A stretch of DNA of 64,000 nucleotides from Candidatus Bathyarchaeota archaeon (GTDB lineage: Archaea > Thermoproteota > Bathyarchaeia > Bathyarchaeales > Bathycorpusculaceae), in contig CAVYES010000004.1 of assembly GCA_963767735.1 (NCBI GenBank), positions 256,001 to 320,000 on the forward strand, given 5' to 3'. The notes below the pieces were generated by a model. That model was not told where the DNA came from. It made no database searches and saw only the letters and a list, made by a program, of their open reading frames with translations. The stretch's first letter is position 1. Each line of letters begins with the position of its first letter. The position numbers were made by a program, and so were the translations under genes. Positions 62,360 to 64,000 of this stretch are shown piece after piece.

Positions 62360-63647
62360 ATGGATGGTGTGAGCAAGCGTTTAGCATTAGCAGTCACTTT
62401 TATCTTATTGACGGTTATACTGCCCTGTGCGACGGTAAACGCTCAGGCGTCTTCTGACGATTGGCCAATGTTACGTGCTGACCCGTCGCATACGGGAGCC
62501 GCCACAGGCGACACGGTGGTTACTCCCAATCTGCTTTGGAGCTATCCCACTCATGGCGGACCCGACAGCGGGGAATCTTCCCCAGCCATCGTCAAAGGCA
62601 TATTATACTTCGGTTCGACCGACGGAAACCTTTACGCTTTAAATGCAACAGACGGCATGAAGTTATGGAACTATAGCACTGGAGGCCCAGTTGAATCTTC
62701 GCCAGCAGTTGACAACGGAATCGTCTATGCTGGCTCAAGTAACGGCAGCCTTTATGCGTTAAATGCAACTAACGGTGACAAAATCTGGAGTTTCAGCACC
62801 GATATAATATATTCCTCACCGACTTTTACTAGATGACGTAGTTTACTTTGCAGGCAGCCACACTGTTTATGCTTTGAACGCCAAAAGCGGGTTGATGCTT
62901 TGGAATAACAGTATCACCTCGGCTTATTGGGGGATTTACTCATCTCCAGCCGTCGCCAATGGAGTTGTCTATATTGGCTCAGATGATCATAATCTTTATG
63001 CCCTGAACGCGACAGACGGCCGTCAACTCTGGGTTTACCCTACAGAAAACTGGGTTGAGTCATCGCCCACCGTTGCCAACGGCATAGTTTATGTCTCATC
63101 AGAAGACGAAAACCTGTATGCCTTAAACGCAGCTAACGGCCAAAAAATCTGGAACTACAACATTACACTTGACACTGCAAACGGCGAGTCTATCGCGGTT
63201 GCCAACAACGTGGTTTACGTTTTAAGCGGCCTTAACGGAGAAATTAAAGCTTTAAACGCCAAGACTGGAGAGCTAATATGGAGTTCAAGCACAACTGATT
63301 GTCAGCCATTCCCAATAATTGTAGGCAACGTGTTATATGTTGGAGGTATCGACAACCTTTTTGCTTTTAACGCTACCGATGGCAGTTGGCTCTGGAACTC
63401 TAATCAGACGGGAAATATTTTGTCTTCGCCTGCTTATGCCAACGGGGTAGTTTACGTTGACTCCACAAACGGAAACATTTACGCTTTTGGAACACCCTTA
63501 GCCACATCAGCCCAAGCAACGCCATCGCCAGCCTCAACTCAAGCCATCCCAGAGTTTTCATGGTTAGCAATTTCGCCTTTGTTTCTCTCAGTGCTGTTGA
63601 TTGCTGCCGTACTTAGGCATCGGAAAACCCTTAACCTGAAGCTTTGA
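62360..63647 (+). CDS. PQQ-like beta-propeller surface protein with PEF-CTERM, frameshifted near 62830
   Basis: DWPMLRADPSHTG; SSPAV repeats in both ORFs; IPEFSW-TM-RHRK. Confidence 0.85.
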
Positions 63648-63736
63648 CCTTTTTTCACGGATAGGTGTATAGCCCCAATCGCCTGTAAAATAAAATCTTT
63701 TAAGCAAGGTCAAACCAAATACGAAATAGAAACTAA

Positions 63737-64000
63737 ATGTGGAAACGACATAGAACAGCAATTTTGACAGTAATCATAGTTAACATTTTGTTGGTGATGT
63801 TTTTTGTTTATATCAATTACAGCGTGTGGAATTATTTTAACAGCAATTTTAACAGCAATAACAACCTCGGCACAATTCAGATGAATCCAACTTGGATTTC
63901 GGGTTACATTGCAGGTTATCTAAGCAAGGGCAACTTTATACCCACTGGTGATTTCCTTTCAGCGCCTAACCTTCCTTTCTGGCTATTCTTCGTCTCAACA
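63737..64000 (+). CDS. Hypothetical membrane protein, runs off the window end
   Basis: Hand translation MWKRHRTAILTVIIVNILLVMFFVYINY...PNLPFWLFFVST is open to the end. Confidence 0.6.
   Translation, partial: MWKRHRTAILTVIIVNILLVMFFVYINYSVWNYFNSNFNSNNNLGTIQMNPTWISGYIAGYLSKGNFIPTGDFLSAPNLPFWLFFVST

Noticed and set aside
47349-63647. Classical integron with attC sites
   Set aside because: I could not find RYYYAAC..GTTRRRY hairpins between the genes, gene orientation is mixed, and the integrase at 7947 is distant and not recognisably IntI
63830-63865. TTTTAACAGCAA direct repeat as a regulatory site
   Set aside because: It lies inside the open frame from 63737 and encodes FNSNFNSN

Overview
Archaeal chromosomal window, most likely Bathyarchaeia. 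This is an inference from mch, archaeal ribosomal and aminoacyl-tRNA synthetase genes, a tRNA with a non-canonical BHB intron, and expanded HTH_45-type regulators and PEF-CTERM surface proteins. Layout: (1) 1-9 kb, a signal-transduction patch with three wHTH paralogues, two CxC..HxxxH proteins, a sensor-less histidine kinase, TrmB, an IS1182 element inserted in a palindrome and a decayed tyrosine integrase. (2) 9-47 kb, mostly core genes (trpS, three tandem nucleotidyltransferases, citG-like, mch, pheST, rps12, rps7, DRG GTPase, ino1, PGI/PMI, rpl12, SelB-like factor), plus unannotated Cys-rich micro-proteins, candidate structured RNAs, helically phased repeats, and tRNA-Ala(GGC) with a 53/54 intron overlapped antisense by a free-standing LAGLIDADG gene. 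(3) 47-64 kb, a toxin-antitoxin pair followed by a ~16 kb array of surface proteins. In this array unrelated extracellular domains sit on a near-identical DNA block encoding the anchor plus the start of a partner gene, which looks like a module-shuffling surface diversification locus. Single-base frameshifts occur even in essential pheT, so most broken ORFs are probably assembly indels.
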